IMG/VR virus record: IMGVR_UViG_3300035208_002255
Coordinates: 1 to 64,000 of that record
Length of the DNA: 64,000 nt
Strand: one strand, 5' to 3'
Source of the DNA: a virus
Lineage: Duplodnaviria; Heunggongvirae; Uroviricota; Caudoviricetes
This document shows, piece after piece, positions 56,759-64,000 of this stretch. Numbering within the stretch: the stretch's first letter is position 1; the number at the start of each line of letters is the position of its first letter. The notes under the pieces were generated by a model. The model made no database searches. It saw nothing but the letters and a program-made list of their open reading frames with translations, and was not told the origin of the DNA. The position numbers and the translations under genes are program-made.

Positions 56759-56829
56759 GGTGTCCTCTCGGGATCGAACCGAGATCAACTGAGCCACAAT
56801 CAGTTCGCTTACCATTAGCGTAAGGACAC
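56759..56829 (-). tRNA. tRNA-His (anticodon GTG)
   Basis: Acceptor GTGTCCT/AGGACAC, stem ACTGA/TCAGT, loop TTGTGGC. Confidence 0.65.
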
Positions 56830-56834
56830 ACGCT

Positions 56835-56904
56835 CCAGGAGAGGGCCTCGAACCCCCAAATCAACACGTTAACAGCGTGCCGGCTTGCCAATTTGCCTAT
56901 CCTG
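56835..56904 (-). tRNA. tRNA-Asn (anticodon GTT), tentative
   Basis: Loop CTGTTAA; acceptor has one mismatch. Confidence 0.5.
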
Positions 56905-57171
56905 GAATAAAAACAACGAAAAGGGTGAAGACCTAGCCGCTCTGCGACCACGCTTGAGCAGTAATAACGGAATTGAACCGTCGATTTTTATGTTCCAATA
57001 AAGATGAAAGGTCTTCGAATCGCGTTGCTTAGTGGACCTTGAAAGCAGAAAATCCATCGCCCTAGAGTACCAATTCTAGGCTCCACAAATTAATGTGGCG
57101 TTTATTCTAGGCAGAATCTCGGGTACGTTCTGCAGAGATATTTGTATCTTTGAATCAATAGATTCTCTTCG

Positions 57172-57243
57172 TCGGGATAGAAAGGATCGAACTTTCGACT
57201 TCTAGTTCCCAAAACTAGCGGACTACCTCTGTCCTATACCCCG
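57172..57243 (-). tRNA. tRNA-Pro (anticodon TGG)
   Basis: Acceptor CGGGGTA/TATCCCG, D GGAC/GTCC, stem CTAGT/ACTAG, loop TTTGGGA. Confidence 0.55.
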
Positions 57244-57672
57244 TTTGTAAGTTCTAATACAATGACAATTTGAACAAACTAATTCACACTTAGAAATTTC
57301 TGTTTCGATTTTATCCCAAGAATAGTGACCTGGCATATTTGCTATGTTTTCCATTTTATCGTTTAAATGATCAAATTGCATTACATAATAAGGATAAGCC
57401 TTTCCACAATCCGTGCAAGGCTTATAATCTTTTAAAGATCTAATTTTAATCCTTTGAACATCACGATTTTTCTTGGTTGTATTATATCTTCTTTTATTAT
57501 GTTCTGTTTTGTTTTCAACGTAATGCTTCCGACAATATTCTTTTTGACATTCTTTACAATAAGAAGACAATCTTTTGCCATTATTTGAAAATTCTGTTTC
57601 TGACTTTTCTTGATTGCACTTTGGGCATTGCTTCATAAACTGATATGGGATTATTGATAGGTCCCAAAACAA
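57223..57672 (-). CDS. HNH endonuclease (Cys-rich)
   Basis: CPKCN...CKEC zinc knuckles and FDHLND...NCHCIR HNH core; 3' end overlaps the predicted tRNA-Pro. Confidence 0.55.
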   Translation of the reverse strand: MFWDLSIIPYQFMKQCPKCNQEKSETEFSNNGKRLSSYCKECQKEYCRKHYVENKTEHNKRRYNTTKKNRDVQRIKIRSLKDYKPCTDCGKAYPYYVMQFDHLNDKMENIANMPGHYSWDKIETEISKCELVCSNCHCIRTYKRGIGQR

Positions 57673-57745
57673 GCCCTCTACCAGATTGAGGTACGCTCTG
57701 ATTTTGAGCAGTTACTTAATCTGCTCGTCGTATATTGTCAAGGAA

Positions 57746-58087
57746 CTATCTAACCTTAATCGTTACGCCAAATGGCCGTACCTTATCAGTTAGTTCGTTC
57801 TCAAACCACCACACGTTGGTAGCTCTCTCGACCCCTTCTGTACTTTGTATTGTAGGTGTTGTACTAATGTACACTACTGAAGTTGAAGGATTACCATCAA
57901 CAACTCTAGCACTAAAAGCTTTACCACCAAAATATTCTTTTGAGTAGTACTGATAATTATCAGAAAGAACCTTTTGAATGATTGCATCAGCTTTCCTGAT
58001 TACGTTCATGAAAGGATCATTATCAGGACCATACTCGGCAGTCTTTTGAAAAGTTGAGCTATACTGAAGAATCTTTGAAGCATCCAT
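57746..58087 (-). CDS. hypothetical protein
   Basis: 113 aa ORF. Confidence 0.4.
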   Translation of the reverse strand: MDASKILQYSSTFQKTAEYGPDNDPFMNVIRKADAIIQKVLSDNYQYYSKEYFGGKAFSARVVDGNPSTSVVYISTTPTIQSTEGVERATNVWWFENELTDKVRPFGVTIKVR

Positions 58088-58169
58088 GAATGAATGAGGT
58101 ATTATTGATATTTACTCATTCTTTCGTCATAATGGGGAAATTTGGATTCGAACCAAATTTCCACCTTCG

Positions 58170-58248
58170 TGGTACCGGAGAGACTTGAACTCTCACCATT
58201 AAAGACTGACTTCTAGGGTCAGCGTGTCTGCCATTCCACCACGGTACC
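58170..58248 (-). tRNA. tRNA-Leu (anticodon TAG), class II
   Basis: Acceptor GGTACCG/CGGTACC, stem CTGAC/GTCAG, loop CCTAGAA. Confidence 0.6.
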
Positions 58249-58407
58249 ATAAAGAACAACGAAAAAGCGAGACCAGTTTTGTTTTTAAGCTTCCTGGCCG
58301 TTGTATTAGTTCTTTCGAACTAGTGGCCAGGGTTGGATTCGAACCAACAATCTATTTCTTTTCATGGAATTGCTTTGCCGATGAAAGATCTCTAACGCGT
58401 TGTTCAG

Positions 58408-58486
58408 TGGATGCAGTAGGATTTGAACCTACAAGTCTGTGAGGAACCGGAGCGATCCGGCGGGCCGCCAATTGCCCAATACATCC
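58408..58486 (-). pseudogene. tRNA-Tyr-like paralog with disrupted anticodon loop
   Basis: Acceptor, D-arm and T-arm nearly identical to tRNA-Tyr at 58588; anticodon region CCGGA-TCGC-TCCGG has a 4-nt loop. Confidence 0.4.
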
Positions 58487-58587
58487 ATCAACCAATCATT
58501 TAACGCCTTAGGGTGTATCTCCCCTGCCACAACTCCGATTGGTGCCGGGGGTTGTGCCGGCACAGATTTCATCTGCATAAGATAGAG

Positions 58588-58669
58588 TGGGTGCAGTAGG
58601 ATTCGAACCTACAAGTCTGTGAAGAACCAGAATTACAATCTGGAGGGCCACCAATTGCCCAATACACCC
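58588..58669 (-). tRNA. tRNA-Tyr (anticodon GTA), class II
   Basis: Acceptor GGGTGTA/TGCACCC, stem CCAGA/TCTGG, loop TTGTAAT, 14-nt variable arm. Confidence 0.65.
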
Positions 58670-58896
58670 GTAAGGCTGAGAAAGTTATCTGTTGTCTGGT
58701 GTTATAAAAAGACACCCAGTCTTTATCAACAAATAAATCCTCAGGAGCGTGGTGGCGGTTGGAATTGGACCAACACAGAAAACAAATCGGGAGTTTTACA
58801 AACTCTTGCCTTCACCAATAGGCGAGCGCCACCAAAGCATTCAGTTGTCAAGGATCGAGTGCTAGATTTAGCATTCGTACCAACTTGTCGTTGGAG

Positions 58897-58968
58897 TTGG
58901 GACACCGGGATTCAAACCCAGGACACAAAGTCCAAAGCTTTGCGTTTTTTCAACTAAACTATGTCCCA
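58897..58968 (-). tRNA. tRNA-Gln (anticodon TTG)
   Basis: Acceptor TGGGACA/TGTCCCA, stem CAAAG/CTTTG, loop CTTTGGA. Confidence 0.6.
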
Positions 58969-58993
58969 ATATTGTTGTACACAGAAACGCCGA

Positions 58994-59030
58994 AAGCCGG
59001 CTCGGGATTTTCTCCCTGCCGGCTCTTTTT
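58994..59030 (+). terminator. plus-strand Rho-independent terminator-like hairpin
   Basis: GCCGGCTCGGGATTTTCTCCCTGCCGGC followed by TCTTTTT on the plus strand. Confidence 0.45.
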
Positions 59031-59212
59031 GATCCTTGTTCCTCTTTAGATCAAATCGTACTCCGGCAGTATTGGCCTTCTGGTTGATGTGAATTAAATC
59101 GATACTGTCCAAACTTTGAACACAGAATTGTATTAACCTTAATTAGGTTAATTAGATTCTGATTATTCAAAATTATAGAACTCATATTTAAACTCCACAG
59201 GATCGCTTTTAT

Positions 59213-59241
59213 GTCATAGTATTAGAAGCCCCATGCGGCTG
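59213..59241 (-). promoter_or_regulatory. conserved 28-nt promoter-like element (copy E)
   Basis: GTCATAGTATTAGAAGCCCCATGCGGCTG, upstream in the minus sense of the tRNA cluster at 58.1-58.97 kb. Confidence 0.4.
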
Positions 59242-59431
59242 TATTATTACGAAGTTATGCCTAGGTTTCTCGACCTAGAAAGTTCTTTTATGATAAAATC
59301 TTCTAAGATGAAGATTGGAAGAGTAACTTGTCCGATTCACCGACCACTCGCCATGGTCACGGGGCTTCGAACAAGTCCTGACTAAGGTACTTCAGGATGA
59401 ATCTGGTGTCAACCTGTTTTTTTCGTTTTTC

Positions 59432-59899
59432 TTACAGATTCCTGACAAAAATCTTCTGTTCTTCGGTTTCTGGTCCGCGAGCCAGTTCATGAACACGGTC
59501 CAGAGCTTCGGCTGCTGGTGTTCCTAGTTTGACTAGGATTGAAGCAAGCGCAAGTGATGTTCGACCTACTCCACCAAAACAATGCACGAAAACCGTTTTC
59601 CCAAGACAAAGTTCTTCAATAACAGATGAAACCTTTGACATGAATGATTCAATATCCGAAGGAATACTGTAATCATCAATGGGAGACCAAATCTCCTTAG
59701 CTCCATTAATATCACCATGAGATTCTTCAAGCAGATTGAAAATGACATCAATCTTTCTGGTGTGAATTTCGTCTTCAATTGCGGAAGATTCCCATGAATT
59801 CCACATTCTTCCAAATAGAAGAGTTCCCATTGGAACTTCCATTTGACCCTTTACCAAAGGATTGATTTTGAGGAGCAGTGCGGTTACATCATCCGACAT
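59432..59899 (-). CDS. dual-specificity / protein-tyrosine phosphatase
   Basis: CX5R active site VHCFGGVGRTS. Confidence 0.7.
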   Translation of the reverse strand: MSDDVTALLLKINPLVKGQMEVPMGTLLFGRMWNSWESSAIEDEIHTRKIDVIFNLLEESHGDINGAKEIWSPIDDYSIPSDIESFMSKVSSVIEELCLGKTVFVHCFGGVGRTSLALASILVKLGTPAAEALDRVHELARGPETEEQKIFVRNL

Positions 59900-60740
59900 C
59901 TGGCTTTACTTTCTTTGGCGGCGGTGGAGGCGGAGACTTAGGTGTGAAGGTATACTCAGATGGTTGTTCTGTCAACCGTTTTTTCGAGAATTCGTCCAGA
60001 GCGCCTCTTGCTCTATCGTAATCTCCTTCTTGAACAGGATGTAATCCACGATGTTCTTTAAATAATTCACGGTAGAAGTCGGCTTCTCTAAATTTTCTAG
60101 ATTCAGGTTCCATAAGTGCAATCGCGTGTTCGGTCGGAAGTCTGGTGATGTTTCTCAGGCGACGAAGTTCGTCTTGTTTATCAACTGTCATGTAGCCGCC
60201 TTCTTGTTGAACCATCTTCTCCAAGAAATCACCAGTGTTATGCATCATATCATCAATCTGATTTAGGTTTGCAGTGAGGGCCTGAGCATCACGGGGAGAT
60301 TTTGATCTTTCAGCTATTTCAATCTTTATCTTTAGGTTAACCAAAGCGTCAGCAAACTTCGCCCATGGTTCACCACCATAACCTGGAGTTAATTTGCTGC
60401 GAAAATCAGCAGCAGCCATTTTTAAACCCTCTTCAGGATTGGATGTTAATGTGCTTAATACTGCAGCTTCATTTTCAGATCTAATTGTTCTATATTCTGA
60501 TGCCACAGCTTGCGTGCCGTACTGGAAAACTTCTTTAGCGCCAGGAATAAGTGCCTCAGCTAAATAATCCTGATAAGTAGCTGGGTTCTCTTTGTGAACA
60601 ATTTGAGGAATCAAACTGTGCAAAATGCGCAAAACCATATTTGTACTAAAATCAGCATTTGCATATAGGTAATACAAATTGGCGTACTTAAGAAGAATTC
60701 TGGTGTTCATGCATAAATACCTAGGTATTGGTATCTGCAT
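59889..60740 (-). CDS. hypothetical protein with proline-rich C-terminus
   Basis: 283 aa; C-terminal PKSPPPPPPKKVKP. Confidence 0.45.
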   Translation of the reverse strand: MQIPIPRYLCMNTRILLKYANLYYLYANADFSTNMVLRILHSLIPQIVHKENPATYQDYLAEALIPGAKEVFQYGTQAVASEYRTIRSENEAAVLSTLTSNPEEGLKMAAADFRSKLTPGYGGEPWAKFADALVNLKIKIEIAERSKSPRDAQALTANLNQIDDMMHNTGDFLEKMVQQEGGYMTVDKQDELRRLRNITRLPTEHAIALMEPESRKFREADFYRELFKEHRGLHPVQEGDYDRARGALDEFSKKRLTEQPSEYTFTPKSPPPPPPKKVKPDVG

Positions 60741-60756
60741 TCTTTGGTAAATAGGT

Positions 60757-61386
60757 ATGGTTCAAGGTTCTATCGCACTGCCGGGCGCTCTAGCTATGAT
60801 CAATACAGATCTAACTGAATCCACCCAAAATCGATTGGAGATTCAACTCCATATCGATGAAACTATCACTGGTGAGCAGTTCGATGTTAGATTCGCTGCC
60901 GATCCAGATTATCCTAATAATATCAGGATTATGAGAAGAAGGATTCTGGTTGTTAGGGATCATAGAGATGCCACAAACAGAGATCAGATGGATGTCATAT
61001 TCTTCTTAAAAAATGGTATGTTATCTGTTACCAAGAATTGTTTCGGTCCTCCTGGTCAAACATATCTTTTGAAGGATGTTTATTGGGGAGCGTTCTGTAT
61101 TTACCATACAGTTCTGAATAGGTCTTGTCACTCTACTTGTACTGACTGTACTCCATGTCCAACATGTGGATGTGCGGATGGTTATGGCCGCCCACCATAT
61201 TACCCAGCAAAGTATGACCCAGCATACCCTCAAGAAAACCATTCATACAACCAAGTTCCTTCAACTGGGATATTTAGTTCTGGATGTGGATGTAACCAAT
61301 CTCCAGATCGCCAACTATGCGGAACCTATAGGTGCAACTCTCAAGGATGCATTCCTCAGTTGGATTGTAGATTGGTTAAAGCTTAA
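60757..61386 (+). CDS. cysteine-rich hypothetical protein (plus strand)
   Basis: 209 aa; CTDCTPCPTCGC cluster. Confidence 0.4.
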   Translation: MVQGSIALPGALAMINTDLTESTQNRLEIQLHIDETITGEQFDVRFAADPDYPNNIRIMRRRILVVRDHRDATNRDQMDVIFFLKNGMLSVTKNCFGPPGQTYLLKDVYWGAFCIYHTVLNRSCHSTCTDCTPCPTCGCADGYGRPPYYPAKYDPAYPQENHSYNQVPSTGIFSSGCGCNQSPDRQLCGTYRCNSQGCIPQLDCRLVKA

Positions 61387-61982
61387 ATTGGTTCGGATTC
61401 TAATGGAGTCTCAGAGTTTCCTGTAGATTGATCTTTAAGCATGTTGTATACTTGGGTCATTACAGAATCAATTATATTGAGAATCTGTTTCCAAAACAAT
61501 CTGCGAGTTTCCCAATCATCAGCTGTATCAGCGCTAGCTGCACTTTTATCTTGTTCCATCTGATTAAACATAGAATCATTAAGATATGATGTCTTGAATG
61601 ATGTCCACTCATTAATAACTTTTTGGAACTCTGATAGTAATGTACTTACATCAATAGAGTTAGCAAGATCAATATAGAACTTACGACCATCATTTACCAT
61701 AGTTCTTACAGCTGACTTGGATTCTGGGCGAGATATTGGATACTCCTCCCTGTAATCCATTTTGTCTACTTCTTGATATAGAGTAGCGAACAAGCCTTCC
61801 ATAGGATTACGAAGGTTATCCTTTGTTGGTTTTTGAGTTGGTCTCTGAATGAATAGTTTAGTGGCTAACTCATTCAACTGCTTTATAGCATCATCTGTTG
61901 AAGTACTGGTAGTTGTAGTTGTGGTATCCTGAGCATACCTAACCCAACTAAGATAGATTGTAGCAGCTTGCAAAACCTTCAT
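61383..61982 (-). CDS. hypothetical protein
   Basis: 199 aa ORF. Confidence 0.4.
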   Translation of the reverse strand: MKVLQAATIYLSWVRYAQDTTTTTTSTSTDDAIKQLNELATKLFIQRPTQKPTKDNLRNPMEGLFATLYQEVDKMDYREEYPISRPESKSAVRTMVNDGRKFYIDLANSIDVSTLLSEFQKVINEWTSFKTSYLNDSMFNQMEQDKSAASADTADDWETRRLFWKQILNIIDSVMTQVYNMLKDQSTGNSETPLESEPI

Positions 61983-61989
61983 ATTATAA

Positions 61990-62385
61990 ATGTGGCATTA
62001 TTCGGTACAGGATTCTATGAAGATACAGAATGTTAAGACAATTGGGGATATTGAAAACCAAGCTGATAGTAAGGGGCGAGGTTCTGTATTCAGGGCTTGT
62101 CTCGCAATTCAGCGCTCATCTAGTACAGAAGAGATTGGTTCCAAAGCATTTGAGTTAGGTTATAATTATGTAGCAGGAATAGATACCATAAAACAGCTAA
62201 AAGCGCTTGTTGATGAAGTTTTCCCAAAATCAGAGGGAGAATTCAAACAAGCGCTTCAAGCTCTTAAGAATGCTCTCGAAGATGCCCCTTCAATTAAGAA
62301 GGTTCTAGCAGCTTTGATGGTAGTACCAAAAAGATGTGGTGGTTTAGATTATCCTTCAGTATCCGCCAGAGTTAAACCAACCTGA
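61990..62385 (+). CDS. hypothetical protein (plus strand)
   Basis: 131 aa ORF. Confidence 0.4.
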   Translation: MWHYSVQDSMKIQNVKTIGDIENQADSKGRGSVFRACLAIQRSSSTEEIGSKAFELGYNYVAGIDTIKQLKALVDEVFPKSEGEFKQALQALKNALEDAPSIKKVLAALMVVPKRCGGLDYPSVSARVKPT

Positions 62386-62538
62386 ACCTTTTAGCTGAAA
62401 ACCCTGACCACCCGAAACCAATCGCTGGGCCTCGGGTTTCTTGCATTCGGGACATTCGGTAAGTGGCGGATCTGTAATCTTAGCCTCATGTTCCCAAGTG
62501 TGTCCACAACTTTTACACGTATACTCGTATGTTGGCAT
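62356..62538 (-). CDS. FmdB-family zinc-ribbon protein
   Basis: MPTYEYTCKSCGHTWE...CPECK pattern. Confidence 0.5.
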   Translation of the reverse strand: MPTYEYTCKSCGHTWEHEAKITDPPLTECPECKKPEAQRLVSGGQGFQLKGSGWFNSGGY

Positions 62539-62572
62539 GGTTTTCCTTCATTCAGTGTTTATGAAACATATA

Positions 62573-64000
62573 TCACATCATTGTTGCTGCCAAGTTAGCA
62601 AGTTCAGAACGCTCACCCTTGGAAAGGGTTAGGTGACCAACTATTGGATTGTTATAAAGTTTCTCGATAGCAAAGCTCAATCCACATGATCCTTTATCCA
62701 TGTAAGGATTGTCAATCTGATCTGGGTCACCAGTCAAAACGATCTTGGTTCCATCACCACAACGAGTGATAATGGTTTTTAATTCATGAGGCGAAAGATT
62801 CTGGGCCTCGTCCACGATTAAGAACTGATTTGGAATGCTTCTACCACGAATATAAGTCAGTGGTTCAACCTTAATTAAGTCCTGTTTATACAGATCCTCA
62901 AACTTCATGTTTGTCTTCTTTTTACCAGAAGTCATCATTAGAAGTTCTAGGTTATCATAAATAGGTTGCATGTAAGGATCGAGCTTCTCTAAAAGAGTGT
63001 TGTGGGTAACAATAAAATCATCAGTTAAATACAAATGCTCTTCGTTTTCAATAAGTATACATTGACATTCCTTAACACCAACAAATTCTATTGATTTAAT
63101 CCTTGCATCATAAATATATGCACACTTGAATCTTTCACGTTTTCTTTCGATAAAGAAAGGATTCAAATTCTCTGGTAAAGAAATATTGAATTCATATGAA
63201 AGAAATTTTGGTGATATAGTCCTATTTTTTATGATTGATTTTTTACCAATTCTATCTCTTGATTTTATTTGGGCCCTACCACCAAGAGACTTTACAACCT
63301 CACAAACATCTTTTGCTAATTGTAAAGATGTTGTTGTAAATGATGCTTCTCCATTTGCTTTAACTGTACCGTCAGTATCCATCAAACCCCTAATTAGATT
63401 TATTCTATCTTCAACAGAAGAATATTTATACATATCAGGGATGAATTTATTATTACAAACTTTACCAAGTAAACCTAAATTATATATTGCATTTTTAACT
63501 GGATTAGACCATCTATTTTCATTTTCTACAAATTTATAAAAGTAGCCATCAATAGTTACATTTCTGGTACATTTATTATATATTGTAGATGTGTTAATGT
63601 CTGTTTTTTCTGCACAGATTCCAATTCGTGTATAGTTATAAACTTCACCAGTATTTGTATCAGTTATTTCAATTTGTCTTGCTGGTTTATTATTTGGTAT
63701 ATCTGAAACAATATTGTAATTAATTCCACATGGTTTAGATAAATAACAATTTAATTCTTTAACTTCTTCATTTACTCTTTGCGCAATTTCAACATCATTA
63801 TTTGATAATAATATTGATGTGCATAAAGATCCATCACCAAGTAAAGCGCCAAGAGTATATGGTTTTATAGGAAGTGACTTAACTTTATATTCTACAGGTT
63901 CATTTCTTGGAAGATAATGATTTAACTTTCCGTTTTTAGTTAGTGTATTTATTATCTCTCTTGTAGTTTTTATACTACCACTCTTATTTCTTTTCTTCTG
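62573..64000 (-). CDS. PhoH-like ATPase interrupted by an intein (partial, runs off the window edge)
   Basis: C-extein LIVDEAQNLSPHELKTIITRCGDGTKIVLTGDPDQID is PhoH-like; the minus-strand frame stays open with no stop from 63434 to 64000. Confidence 0.7.
   Translation of the reverse strand, partial: QKKRNKSGSIKTTREIINTLTKNGKLNHYLPRNEPVEYKVKSLPIKPYTLGALLGDGSLCTSILLSNNDVEIAQRVNEEVKELNCYLSKPCGINYNIVSDIPNNKPARQIEITDTNTGEVYNYTRIGICAEKTDINTSTIYNKCTRNVTIDGYFYKFVENENRWSNPVKNAIYNLGLLGKVCNNKFIPDMYKYSSVEDRINLIRGLMDTDGTVKANGEASFTTTSLQLAKDVCEVVKSLGGRAQIKSRDRIGKKSIIKNRTISPKFLSYEFNISLPENLNPFFIERKRERFKCAYIYDARIKSIEFVGVKECQCILIENEEHLYLTDDFIVTHNTLLEKLDPYMQPIYDNLELLMMTSGKKKTNMKFEDLYKQDLIKVEPLTYIRGRSIPNQFLIVDEAQNLSPHELKTIITRCGDGTKIVLTGDPDQIDNPYMDKGSCGLSFAIEKLYNNPIVGHLTLSKGERSELANLAATMM
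62999..64000 (-). mobile_element. intein with LAGLIDADG endonuclease domain inside the PhoH-like gene (N-terminal junction outside the window)
   Basis: LGALLGDGSL and LIRGLMDTDGT LAGLIDADG blocks; ends ...FIVTHN followed by Thr. Confidence 0.7.

Noticed and set aside
43100-58408. Possibility that the repeated motifs form a CRISPR array
   Set aside because: The repeats are not regularly spaced, are of two different types, and are interleaved with tRNA genes; no cas genes are present.

Overview
This window looks like part of a large tailed-phage (jumbo-phage-like) genome, probably infecting a host that uses Shine-Dalgarno ribosome-binding sites (GGAGG/GAGG motifs sit before starts). It holds roughly 85 densely packed genes with short overlaps, almost all on the minus strand. 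There are two Rho-independent terminators of the bacterial type. From about 43.0 kb to 59.0 kb there is a large minus-strand tRNA array of at least 30 tRNA or tRNA-like genes. Six homing endonuclease genes are present: five HNH type (three of them near-identical paralogs on the plus strand) and one LAGLIDADG type. Two inteins carrying LAGLIDADG endonuclease domains are present. One sits in the P-loop of an ABC transporter ATPase. The other sits in a PhoH-like ATPase and runs off the 3' edge of the window. Recognisable products: NUDIX hydrolase, Dps-like ferritin, HD hydrolase, SAM methyltransferase, a complete NitT/TauT-type ABC importer whose binding protein is fused to an OmpA-like domain, a flotillin/SPFH protein with internal repeats next to membrane-anchored coiled-coil proteins, a NADAR (YbiA-like) protein translationally coupled to a SLOG/YoqJ-like protein, two AAA+ ATPases, NAD kinase, dephospho-CoA kinase, a CYTH protein, a vWA protein, an SLT lytic transglycosylase, a dual-specificity phosphatase, an FmdB zinc ribbon, and many small cysteine-rich or hypothetical proteins, including a four-member family with the N-terminal motif MK.R.GFVSNSSSSSF. 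The most unusual signal is inside the tRNA array. Between canonical tRNAs sit repeated cassettes, each flanked by two conserved motifs of about 30 nt. Several cassettes contain a tRNA-sized element whose 3' half (anticodon arm, T-arm, 3' acceptor strand, sometimes an encoded CCA) lies upstream of its own 5' half (5' acceptor strand, D-arm), joined by a short hairpin linker. That is a circularly permuted tRNA gene arrangement. A 28-nt promoter-like element conserved in five copies, degenerate or armless tRNA-like fragments, and an HNH gene flanked by a duplicated copy of its own 3' end are also present. All tRNA folds were done by hand and coordinates may be off by a few nt.
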